Virus record (IMG/VR): IMGVR_UViG_3300013108_000188
Origin: a virus
DNA: 64,000 bases
Direction: 5' to 3' (one strand)
Shown here: positions 44,910 to 53,659 of the stretch, piece by piece
Layout of the letters: the number at the start of each line of letters is the position of its first letter
Position numbering within the stretch: the stretch's first letter is position 1
The notes under the pieces: generated by a model
Databases searched by the model: none
Seen by the model: the letters and a program-made list of their open reading frames with translations, nothing else
What the model was told of the DNA's origin: nothing
Made by a program: the position numbers and the translations under genes

Positions 44910-45722
44910 TTATGTATCACTTCCTGTTGAAGGGTCATATTTTTTACCATCTTCAAAAAACGATATAGTTGTTGTAAATCCAAAATCATCTCCTGGTTTG
45001 GCAGTAGAAGGATTAGGAATAACTATTACTCTTTCTTCTCTTGCCTTATTAGTCATATCAGTTCCTAAATCTGATTGTACTTTTCTTATGATACCTCCAT
45101 CAGTTGCAGGTCCATATAGATATGTTTTAGCAGTAAAACTCATTGTGTATATTACTGCTCTTCTGGTTTCAAAAGATCCATCATAACTATCTTCGTATTG
45201 TATGTCTCCAATTATAATAGGAACATCACGCTTAATTCCTAAATCTGGAACCATATTAATTGAAACCGTATAATCTGGTTGAAAGTATGGTACTATTTGT
45301 TCAACAATCTGTAATCCATTTTCAGCAGTTGCTGTAAATATAAACAATTTATATGTTATATTATATGGGACTGGAGTATAGTTAAAGTCCATCTTCTTTT
45401 CTTTATCAGTAGCAGTACCAGTTGTTTTTGGTTTTCTAAACTTTTGTAGTTTATTTAATTTTCTACTAGGGTCATATTCTATACCAGATATTTCAAATCC
45501 CATACGAGGTAGTACCGTTGCGAATTGTTTATCTAATAAATCAGGTTGTTGAGTTAATCTAACAATAAATTTTTCTTTTGGTGCATATGCTAATGGCACC
45601 GTAAATCTTTTAACTACTGAACCATTTGCGTCTTTTGTTTGTACAACAATTTTATTAAAAATCTGACCAAACGCAATAGTTAATCTTCTTAATCCTTCGT
45701 TATAAAAATGAGTTCCAAACAT
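44910..45722 (-). CDS. gp15: tail sheath stabilizer/completion protein (gp15)
   Basis: VPLAYAPKEKF, LPRMGFE, EQIVPYFQP. Confidence 0.95.
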   Translation of the reverse strand: MFGTHFYNEGLRRLTIAFGQIFNKIVVQTKDANGSVVKRFTVPLAYAPKEKFIVRLTQQPDLLDKQFATVLPRMGFEISGIEYDPSRKLNKLQKFRKPKTTGTATDKEKKMDFNYTPVPYNITYKLFIFTATAENGLQIVEQIVPYFQPDYTVSINMVPDLGIKRDVPIIIGDIQYEDSYDGSFETRRAVIYTMSFTAKTYLYGPATDGGIIRKVQSDLGTDMTNKAREERVIVIPNPSTAKPGDDFGFTTTISFFEDGKKYDPSTGSDT

Positions 45723-46561
45723 TATTTAACCTCTCCAAATGGGTTCTTTTCAGTAAAGTCTAATATATCGTCATTAACCGTTGCAGTATCAAAACCAGCA
45801 GCCGAATCTAAATCTAAATTATCAGCATAAGCAGATTTTGTTTGTACACTTTCAGCAGCGTCTCCATCAGTTGTAATGTCGTCCCATTCTTCATTAATTA
45901 AGTATAGTGGATTACCGTGTGAGTCTCCTGTTTCTAATAATAAGAAACCATCATAAGAAGATTGATTTAGTGTACCATCTTCAAGTCTAAACTGGTGTGC
46001 CAAAGATGTATCAAGTGATTTTCTATCATCAGCTTGGTCAATATCAGCGTGACCTGTATTAAATTCTTCACTTGAATATTCAAAAGTTTTACATACTAAT
46101 TTATAGCAAGGCAAGTTACCTAATTGAAAGAAAGGTTCCTGGTCTTCTACAAACGCAATCTCAAAAAACTTATTCATTAGTGGATAGTAAATAACATCAC
46201 CTTCATTAGGTCTGCCATCTACCATTAGGTTTGCTGGGTCATCTACTTGTTCTTGGAATCTTCTTTTAGCAACAACAAAAGTTGTATCGTCTCTAACTTC
46301 TAATCCAAATTTACTAATTATTTCTTGCTCACCAGCAAACCCTTGTGGTGTGTTAAAATACATTTCAATTAAATAACTATCGTCAAACCTAGACGCAGAA
46401 TCCTCACCAAGAATTAAATCTCTATTAACTAGAGTTCTCGGTAAATAATAAACAGCGTGTCCATAGATTTTTAAATTTTCTACGATTAAATCTTCTATTA
46501 ATCTTTTCTCACTTTGACTACCTATGCCATCGCCGCCTTGAAAATAATGATTAACGGCCAT
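45722..46561 (-). CDS. gp14: neck protein (gp14)
   Basis: YYLPR, SKFG, RPNEGDVIY, PFFQLG, FTEKNPFG. Confidence 0.95.
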   Translation of the reverse strand: MAVNHYFQGGDGIGSQSEKRLIEDLIVENLKIYGHAVYYLPRTLVNRDLILGEDSASRFDDSYLIEMYFNTPQGFAGEQEIISKFGLEVRDDTTFVVAKRRFQEQVDDPANLMVDGRPNEGDVIYYPLMNKFFEIAFVEDQEPFFQLGNLPCYKLVCKTFEYSSEEFNTGHADIDQADDRKSLDTSLAHQFRLEDGTLNQSSYDGFLLLETGDSHGNPLYLINEEWDDITTDGDAAESVQTKSAYADNLDLDSAAGFDTATVNDDILDFTEKNPFGEVK

Positions 46562-46568
46562 TGTATTT

Positions 46569-47372
46569 TTATCCTATCATTAATGCTTGGTGTTCTTGTA
46601 GAGATTTTATTTCTTCCTCTAACTTCTCTATATCTGCTAATGCCTGTGTATAGATTTGTTCACCATTTAAGGTTACTCCACCTATCATAGCAACACCAGC
46701 AAATTTTGATAGATTGGCACCCCATTGTTTTTTAACTAGTGCAGTTGTGTATTTCTTTAACCAAATATCATTATAGACATCTGTATAAGTGTCTGGATCC
46801 ATTTTTCTATAGCATTCAATAACAATATATTCATCTACCATTAAATCGTTTTCCCAATCCATATCTACATATAATCTATTATCGTGTTGGTTAAATCTTA
46901 AAGGTTTTTCACCAACTAATATATGGTCTAGGAAATCTAGTTGTCTCATAACTACATCATAGTTAATTACAGAAGTTGATGAGAAATCATATAGGTCATT
47001 TAATCTTAATTGGTATCTTACATCAAATAAATTTAAATTACCTTTGTTTGAAAAAGGAAATATATTTGTAACCGAAAATACGGTTTCTGGAACAACAATA
47101 TAATTGTTATCTTCTTTCCAAGTAGAGGTTACAGAATTTTTTGTAGCACCTTCAGTATTACTAGTTAACATTCTAGTTTTTTCTGCTTGTGTATATTGCC
47201 ATTTTAAGTATGTTCTTTTGATACCATCATAGTGATATTGTTGCCAATATTGTAATGCTTCATCTACTCTATCATCTATTTGGTCATCATCAACATTTAT
47301 TTCTATGACAGGATGCCCCAATGCCCTTTTAGCATAAGAGATTAATGTCTGTCTTGTATTAGGTTGAGCCAT
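46569..47372 (-). CDS. gp13: neck protein (gp13)
   Basis: LGHPVIEINVDDDQ, QWGANLSKF, GGVTLNG. Confidence 0.95.
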   Translation of the reverse strand: MAQPNTRQTLISYAKRALGHPVIEINVDDDQIDDRVDEALQYWQQYHYDGIKRTYLKWQYTQAEKTRMLTSNTEGATKNSVTSTWKEDNNYIVVPETVFSVTNIFPFSNKGNLNLFDVRYQLRLNDLYDFSSTSVINYDVVMRQLDFLDHILVGEKPLRFNQHDNRLYVDMDWENDLMVDEYIVIECYRKMDPDTYTDVYNDIWLKKYTTALVKKQWGANLSKFAGVAMIGGVTLNGEQIYTQALADIEKLEEEIKSLQEHQALMIG

Positions 47373-47398
47373 AGTTATTTCCTTCTAATTCTTTGCTA

Positions 47399-47406
47399 TA
47401 TTTATA
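47399..47406 (-). promoter_or_regulatory. T4-type late promoter (gp13)
   Basis: TATAAATA. Confidence 0.75.
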
Positions 47407-47408
47407 AT

Positions 47409-47588
47409 TTATAGATAATCGTTTCGGTTACTCCAGTCCGCTTTATCATCTTTTTTATCATAGTACCAAGAAAATAACGATATAATTAGTGCAAATAATA
47501 TAATTCCTTGTATAAAAGGTTCGTGTTTTAGGCAATATATTAGGACATCTAATCCATTTCCACCGTCAGCTATAATTTTATCTATCAT
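47409..47588 (-). CDS. 59-aa membrane peptide at the end of the tetrapyrrole cassette
   Basis: [59 protein letters not shown]; overlaps the ALA synthase stop. Confidence 0.65.
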   Translation of the reverse strand: MIDKIIADGGNGLDVLIYCLKHEPFIQGIILFALIISLFSWYYDKKDDKADWSNRNDYL

Positions 47589-48783
47589 ATTTTAAACCTT
47601 TGCCACATCTTTTGATTGCAGATTTAACTTTAACTACCATATCAAATATTAATTTGTCTGTATGAAATGGTGTAGGAGTAAATCTTAATCTTTCAGTACC
47701 TACAGCAACCGTTGGCCAATTAATAGGTTGTACATAGATACCTTCTTTGTAAAGTAATTCATCTGATATTGCTTTACATCTTTTTGCTTCTCCAATAATA
47801 ACAGGAACAATATGACTATCATTTTTCATAACTTCTATTCCTTGTCTAGTAAGTTCTTCTTTTGTTTTATTTGCTCTTTCGTGTATCTTCTCTCTTAATT
47901 CAGGATGGTCTCTAACATACTTAACACTTGTTAAAGCACCAGCACAAATAACTGGACTTACAGAAGTTGTAAAAATAAAAGCACTCGCCATACTTCTTAT
48001 TGCGTCAATAAAATCTCTCTTTCCTGCGATGTATCCACCTTGTACACCGAACGCCTTGGCTAGTGTTCCATTTATTATATCAACTTCAACATTATCTCTT
48101 TCGCATATTCCAGCACCTTCTTCTCCATAAAGACCAACAGCGTGTACTTCATCAATATAAGAAATTGCATTATACTTATTACATAAGTCAACTATTTCTT
48201 TTACAGGAGCAATATCTCCGTCCATAGAATATACACTTTCAAATACTACACATTTTGGACCTGGATTAGATTGTAATATGCCTTCTAAATCTTTTACATC
48301 ATTATGTTTAAATATTTCTTTTCTACATCTACTATGCCTTAAACCTTGTATAATGGAAGAGTGATTTTGTGCGTCTGATATAAACAACATATCAGGTATA
48401 ATCTTACCCATTGTTTCTAAAGTTGTTTGATTGGCATTATAAGCAGAAGTAAATAATAATGCTTTTTCTTTCTTATGGAGAGACGCTAGTTCTCGTTCCA
48501 GAGCATTATGATAGTGAGTAGTGCCTGATATGTTTCTTGTCCCTCCAGCACCCGCTCCGCTCGTTTCTAGTGCTGTTTTCATAGAGTCTATAACATAGTT
48601 ATGTTGTCCCATACCAAGATAGTCGTTGGAACACCAATTAACTATATTTTTAATTGAGTATTTTGAATACCAGATTGCGTGTGGATACTTTCCTTTTATT
48701 CTTATAATATCGTTAAAAGTTCTATATCTTCCATCTGATTTATAATCTTCTATGACCTGTGTAAATTTTTCTAATTCTTTCAT
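47578..48783 (-). CDS. hemA: 5-aminolevulinate synthase (Shemin/C4 pathway)
   Basis: [54 protein letters not shown] (PLP Lys), [12 protein letters not shown]. Confidence 0.96.
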   Translation of the reverse strand: MKELEKFTQVIEDYKSDGRYRTFNDIIRIKGKYPHAIWYSKYSIKNIVNWCSNDYLGMGQHNYVIDSMKTALETSGAGAGGTRNISGTTHYHNALERELASLHKKEKALLFTSAYNANQTTLETMGKIIPDMLFISDAQNHSSIIQGLRHSRCRKEIFKHNDVKDLEGILQSNPGPKCVVFESVYSMDGDIAPVKEIVDLCNKYNAISYIDEVHAVGLYGEEGAGICERDNVEVDIINGTLAKAFGVQGGYIAGKRDFIDAIRSMASAFIFTTSVSPVICAGALTSVKYVRDHPELREKIHERANKTKEELTRQGIEVMKNDSHIVPVIIGEAKRCKAISDELLYKEGIYVQPINWPTVAVGTERLRFTPTPFHTDKLIFDMVVKVKSAIKRCGKGLKYDR

Positions 48784-49499
48784 TATTCTACATATGGAAA
48801 TAATGCGTTAGTACAAAACTCTTTTACATCGTCTTCAGGTAGTCCAAGTGATTTCATAACTCTAGGTGTATGAGGATTTTCTCTTTGATGTTTAGCATAT
48901 CTGTTTTGTGCGTCTTTTATTTCTTGCTCCGTTATATCTGTTTTGTTATTTTTTTCTCGTCTTAATAATGTAAAGTAAGCACCTAAATTACATTGTGATA
49001 AACTCAAAGCGTGATTTAATTCTTTTTCAGTAGTTATATTACTAGCAGCTACCATACCTGGACTAAAAATTTTTAATGCCCATTCAGGTAGTTCTCTCAC
49101 TTTAGATGGTTTATAATTACTTGATTCTTTTACAAACCAATCAACCATTGAATGGTCTCTCTTTGCAAGTGGAGAAAAGTCGTGGAAGAAACCTGTAACC
49201 TTTTTTGCACCAGCAATTACATCTAGTCCATATATTGGTGCTGGACTATTAAGTCTAGGAAATACACAACAATGAAACATATATAAACCTTTTGTTGCTC
49301 TAGCATCCACAACATCTAAATGACATCTTCTTGCTTCTGGTGTTTCCCATACTCTATTAATCCAACCGTCTTTTGGACGATTAAATTTTTCCATAGTTGG
49401 TTCAAATATTTCTTTACCTTCTCTTTCAAAAACTGCCATAATTAAAGTGGTAGTTTCTTCAAGCATATTCCATATTCTACTTCGTTTGTATTGTGCCAT
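48783..49499 (-). CDS. pcyX: ferredoxin-dependent bilin reductase, PcyX/PcyA family
   Basis: [51 protein letters not shown]; start reassigned to MAQYKR. Confidence 0.88.
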   Translation of the reverse strand: MAQYKRSRIWNMLEETTTLIMAVFEREGKEIFEPTMEKFNRPKDGWINRVWETPEARRCHLDVVDARATKGLYMFHCCVFPRLNSPAPIYGLDVIAGAKKVTGFFHDFSPLAKRDHSMVDWFVKESSNYKPSKVRELPEWALKIFSPGMVAASNITTEKELNHALSLSQCNLGAYFTLLRREKNNKTDITEQEIKDAQNRYAKHQRENPHTPRVMKSLGLPEDDVKEFCTNALFPYVE

Positions 49500-50142
49500 C
49501 ACCAAACCTCTTCTCGTTTTGTTCAATAAATTTTTGAATATCTTTAAATAAATCTGTTGCAAATCCAAAACATTGTCTTGCTTCATAAACAACACTATTA
49601 ATATTTTCAGTTAAAGTACTTTGGTCAGAATATTTTTGATAACTATTTACCTTTGTTCTTAACGCTTCTTTTAGTTCTTGTATATTTTTATATTTCTGAT
49701 TTCTTCCTTCAACATATCTAATATTAAATTGATAATACTTTCCTTGACCAGGTATCTTTCTTTGTATCATTTGGCCACCAGATAAATCACCCATATGTCT
49801 AACATATATATGAGCAGCTATTTTTTCTGGATTATCCATTAAATTTTTATTAATATAATCCAAATATGCACCAGTAGATTCCATTTTTACTGGTTGCCAA
49901 TTATAAGTCCATAATTCGTCAAAGTCTGCTTTGATAGATGGCGCTCTTCTTATTTCAGGCATATCATCAAAGATACCTTCTGACATTGCTAGTGCTTCTA
50001 ACATATCATAACATTGATGTTGATTGTAAAGATAGATAGCATATATTTCAGGATTTATTTTACCTGACATTAATACTTTAACAAACTTTTGTCTTTCTGC
50101 TTCTTTATGATGTTCCCAAGTAAGTTCTTTTAATGTCTTCAT
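49477..50142 (-). CDS. hemO: heme oxygenase
   Basis: LKELTWEHHKEAE (proximal His), AHIYVRHMGDLSGGQ, EARQCF. Confidence 0.95.
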   Translation of the reverse strand: MKTLKELTWEHHKEAERQKFVKVLMSGKINPEIYAIYLYNQHQCYDMLEALAMSEGIFDDMPEIRRAPSIKADFDELWTYNWQPVKMESTGAYLDYINKNLMDNPEKIAAHIYVRHMGDLSGGQMIQRKIPGQGKYYQFNIRYVEGRNQKYKNIQELKEALRTKVNSYQKYSDQSTLTENINSVVYEARQCFGFATDLFKDIQKFIEQNEKRFGDGTIQTK

Positions 50143-50945
50143 CTTTTTGGTGCTTCTTCAAATTTTTTATCTAGTTCTTTTTTCTTTTGTTCTTCTGCTT
50201 TCATATCTTCTTTAACATAATCTTTATATTTTTCTGGCAAATCATCAAAGTCCATTTCTCTCATAGTGACCGCATTTTTCATTAATTCTGCTCTTACTAA
50301 ATCATTTTCAGTTTCGTCTCTATTACCATCAGACATATTATTAATACCTGATTTATCTTCCATTATTTCTTTTGCACCTTGTTTAAATAATGCAATTCTA
50401 GGTAAGACCTCTTCCATATGTTCTTGGTGTGCCACTAAATCTTGTATTAAACCTCTTTTAAAATCCCAAGACATTTTAACTTCCTCTAACATTTCTTCTT
50501 TATGGTCTTTGTAATATTTTTCAAATAAAGTTTTTAACTTGTCAACTAATACAGAAGATTTTTGATTTTTATGAATTTCGCTATGAGTAGCGTATAGTTG
50601 AGCAACTAGTTTATATGGAATGTCTTTTAATGATTTTAAATGTTTTGCCCACACTTCGGTACCATACATCATTGATGGCTCTACCCAAGGTTTTGAAACA
50701 TCATCAGCTTCATAAGGCCACTCTTGTTTAAATGCCTCATATAGCTTTTCTCGTATGTTTATTTCTGGAAAGTCTTTAGTGATTTCTAAAGTTAAATGTT
50801 CTAACTGATTTATAACCAACCATTGATTATAAAAGTAAGTTCCTTTAACTTCTTTGATGAGTTTATTGTTGTTGTAATCTACTATGAAATCCATTGTTTC
50901 ATAGTTGCTTCGTGCCTTTTCAATAAAGGTTTCTAGGTCTTTCAT
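50139..50945 (-). CDS. degenerate heme-oxygenase-like protein with C-terminal extension
   Basis: Gap-free alignment with the first 41 aa of the adjacent HO; PEI and LVAQLYATH matches; lacks the proximal His and GDLSGG. Confidence 0.7.
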   Translation of the reverse strand: MKDLETFIEKARSNYETMDFIVDYNNNKLIKEVKGTYFYNQWLVINQLEHLTLEITKDFPEINIREKLYEAFKQEWPYEADDVSKPWVEPSMMYGTEVWAKHLKSLKDIPYKLVAQLYATHSEIHKNQKSSVLVDKLKTLFEKYYKDHKEEMLEEVKMSWDFKRGLIQDLVAHQEHMEEVLPRIALFKQGAKEIMEDKSGINNMSDGNRDETENDLVRAELMKNAVTMREMDFDDLPEKYKDYVKEDMKAEEQKKKELDKKFEEAPKR

Positions 50946-50995
50946 TTTTCACTCCAAGTTTTTATATAGTGACCTTTAAAAGGTCTATAATATAG

Positions 50996-51003
50996 TATTT
51001 ATA
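50996..51003 (-). promoter_or_regulatory. T4-type late promoter driving the tetrapyrrole cassette
   Basis: TATAAATA, followed by hairpin GACCTTT/AAAGGTC in the leader. Confidence 0.7.
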
Positions 51004-53199
51004 TTAGTCTCTAGGACCCAAGTGGAAGAAGTATTGTGTTTGGTTACTATCAGCACCTTCACTATAATAATCATAGTGTTGCGTTACCGAAGATCCACCA
51101 TCGTATCCACACCAATACACTTGACCTCTTTGGTTAAGCGCTCTTGGTATGTTTGAAGAACCAGTTCCTGAATAGAATAAATCAGTCCATCTATGACCAC
51201 CTGAAGGTTGGAATACAATTCTTTTTCTTGTTCTAAACATTTCATTGTCTTCCATAGCACCTTGCGTGTCATTACGACCACCATTTGTCCATTGGTCATC
51301 GTTAGTAGATGTTCCACCTAAACCGTGTTCATCGTTTGAATATGGAGCACCACCCCATATAATTCCTTCGTCATCAAGTATCATTGGGAAAGAGTACATA
51401 TAAGAACCATCAGCTCTACTCATACCTACATCACATACATTAACCGTCCATTTAGGACCTTTCATATGTAAGAAACTTCCTGGGTGACCACCTGAAGCAT
51501 ACCAGTATCCATTACTTTCTACTGATTGTCCACGACCACCATAAGTTCCATAGTTACCATCGTGTACCCATAGCATACCTGTTGATTTTTGTCTTAAATA
51601 CAACCATTTGTTTTCATCACCACCACACCAGAAGAAGTCAATATCACCATTTATAAAGTGACCTTCTCTTCTAAATGAACCAATATGGTGAGTTCCTGTA
51701 TAACCAGGAGAACCAATAGGCCAAGCGCCTGAAGTTGTATAACCTGTAAACCACATATATCCTTCACCATCTAAAATGTGTGTAGAATGATGTGATCCGT
51801 TTGACCAAGTTGTTTTATATAATTTTAATCCGCCGTATCTGTTCCAGTTAATTCCAACTCTTGTAGGTGTTGTATAGTGGTAAGTTCCATTTCTGTTACC
51901 TACTCCTAATTCACCGTGTTGGTTTTCACCCCACGCCCATAGTTGACCTGTATCGTCAAGTGCGTGCCACCAAGCTTCTTCTGAACCTGAACACCACATA
52001 TCTACAATTCTTCTTCCATCAAAATATGATTGTGGTAATCTTACTGGTCTAGGAACATTGGCACTATAGAAAGCAGTTGAAGTTGGTCCACCACTAGTAT
52101 CTGTTGAGTTATTAATTGAAGGATTACCTAAACCAAGTTGACCTTCGTTATTGTATCCCCAAACCCATACACTTCCGTCAGAACCTAATGCCCAACAAGA
52201 AGCAGAACCATTATCGTGTGCCTCGTCTGAAAATCCTACTTTAACCATTCTAGTTTGGTTAAATGTTTTTCCAATTGTATTACCTTGCCAGTCCTGTGTA
52301 TCGGTTGCCGTTACCCTAACTGCATAAGGTCTATCTGTTGTTTCTGAATTTCCTAATTCGTATCTGCCATTTTCTCCAGCAGAATATACTTCACCATTGT
52401 TAAATAACCAAAATGTTCTGTTATAGTTTCTTGCAACTTGGATAACTTTTGGTGCTAATCCATCAGGAGTAGTCATTCTTCCTGTTGCATTAATATTCCA
52501 AGATTGGTTATCTGTTGACGCCATCCAATCTGTAAATGTGAAACCACAAGACATATGTTTTGCAGGTTCGTCATTTCCAGCAATACCTTCTCCTAATCCA
52601 GAAGAAGATGTACTATCAGAAGAACCAACCCACATATCAGAACCATCTGAACATAAAGTACAAGTTCTGTAAGTTTGGTCAGCGCAACCTGTGTGTGAAA
52701 CACCCATATTGTATCTCCAACCTAACGGAGCACGGTTGTTAAATGATACAACTTCGTTTCTACTTGACCACTTGTTTTCGTTTATGTAAATTAGTTCCCA
52801 ATATTTTGAAGGTCTTCCATCGTGTTCTACGACCCAAGTATTACAATATCTTGTTCTTTGCAAACAAAGATAAATTTTATCAGCAACTTTAACCATTTCT
52901 CCTCTTTCATATTGTCTCCAATATTGCCAAGTTTCAATGTTATCGTTACCAGCAAGTAATAATGTCCAATATCTTCTGTTATCTGGTCTATAACTTCTTT
53001 TCACCATAGTCGGTTGATATTGACCGTATGAATTTGTGTTAATCATTGCTTCAGACGAGATAGTGTAATTAATAGGTGTATCTTCAATACATCTATACGA
53101 TTTACCTCTCCAGTAAACTACATCATTTTTGTTGTAGCTTTCTTTATCTCTCCAAGCACCCTTCCAGGTAACTTTAAAATCTGTTATTGATAATGCCAT
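51004..53199 (-). CDS. virion protein with RCC1/BLIP-II-like beta-propeller (tail fibre/baseplate associated)
   Basis: N-terminal WKGAW...Y..NDVV...G..Y.C repeats; GSVWVWGYNNEGQLGLG and GQLWAWGENQHGELGVG repeats. Confidence 0.75.
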   Translation of the reverse strand: MALSITDFKVTWKGAWRDKESYNKNDVVYWRGKSYRCIEDTPINYTISSEAMINTNSYGQYQPTMVKRSYRPDNRRYWTLLLAGNDNIETWQYWRQYERGEMVKVADKIYLCLQRTRYCNTWVVEHDGRPSKYWELIYINENKWSSRNEVVSFNNRAPLGWRYNMGVSHTGCADQTYRTCTLCSDGSDMWVGSSDSTSSSGLGEGIAGNDEPAKHMSCGFTFTDWMASTDNQSWNINATGRMTTPDGLAPKVIQVARNYNRTFWLFNNGEVYSAGENGRYELGNSETTDRPYAVRVTATDTQDWQGNTIGKTFNQTRMVKVGFSDEAHDNGSASCWALGSDGSVWVWGYNNEGQLGLGNPSINNSTDTSGGPTSTAFYSANVPRPVRLPQSYFDGRRIVDMWCSGSEEAWWHALDDTGQLWAWGENQHGELGVGNRNGTYHYTTPTRVGINWNRYGGLKLYKTTWSNGSHHSTHILDGEGYMWFTGYTTSGAWPIGSPGYTGTHHIGSFRREGHFINGDIDFFWCGGDENKWLYLRQKSTGMLWVHDGNYGTYGGRGQSVESNGYWYASGGHPGSFLHMKGPKWTVNVCDVGMSRADGSYMYSFPMILDDEGIIWGGAPYSNDEHGLGGTSTNDDQWTNGGRNDTQGAMEDNEMFRTRKRIVFQPSGGHRWTDLFYSGTGSSNIPRALNQRGQVYWCGYDGGSSVTQHYDYYSEGADSNQTQYFFHLGPRD

Positions 53200-53226
53200 A
53201 TTACTCTTTCCTTAATACTTAATTAA

Positions 53227-53616
53227 TTAAAATCCTAAATTTGATAAAAAGTTAGCTTTAGCAGTTTTGTGGTCAGCGATAGCAGTTTTAGTTGCAGAAG
53301 TGTCATCTGCCACATCTGATAATAAGTCTATCATTTTTTTGCCTTCCATAAAACTTTTGTCTAAATCGTCTAAACCTTGTTCAACATAAGAGCTAGAATT
53401 TTTTAGTTTTGTTTTCTCATCAGCGTCTGATACTACTGATACTCCATATACAGAATCATTTGCACCACTAGTTGAAATGGTAGTATTACCATCGTCTATA
53501 GAAAAGTATGTTTTACCATCCATTTCTCCTAAACTAATAGGCGTATCTCCTGTAGGAGCAGTATAATCATCACCTTGACCAATTCCAGCAGTCATTGAAT
53601 ATATTACTTTTGCCAT
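53227..53616 (-). CDS. hypothetical tail-module protein
   Basis: 129 aa; GGAG SD; preceded by a late promoter. Confidence 0.7.
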   Translation of the reverse strand: MAKVIYSMTAGIGQGDDYTAPTGDTPISLGEMDGKTYFSIDDGNTTISTSGANDSVYGVSVVSDADEKTKLKNSSSYVEQGLDDLDKSFMEGKKMIDLLSDVADDTSATKTAIADHKTAKANFLSNLGF

Positions 53617-53650
53617 TGTTATTTCTCCGTTTTCTTTTTTGTTATACTTC

Positions 53651-53658
53651 TATTTATA
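53651..53658 (-). promoter_or_regulatory. T4-type late promoter
   Basis: TATAAATA. Confidence 0.75.
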
Positions 53659-53659
53659 A

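Noticed and set aside
31394-47588. Identical MIDKIIA N-termini of SufE and the 59-aa peptide
   Set aside because: About 20 nt of AT-rich similarity with nothing beyond it; chance or a shared initiation context is sufficient.
47578-50142. Cyanophage identity inferred from HO plus bilin reductase
   Set aside because: ALA synthase is not used by cyanobacteria, the reductase looks PcyX-like, and no psbA, hli or plant-type petF genes are present.
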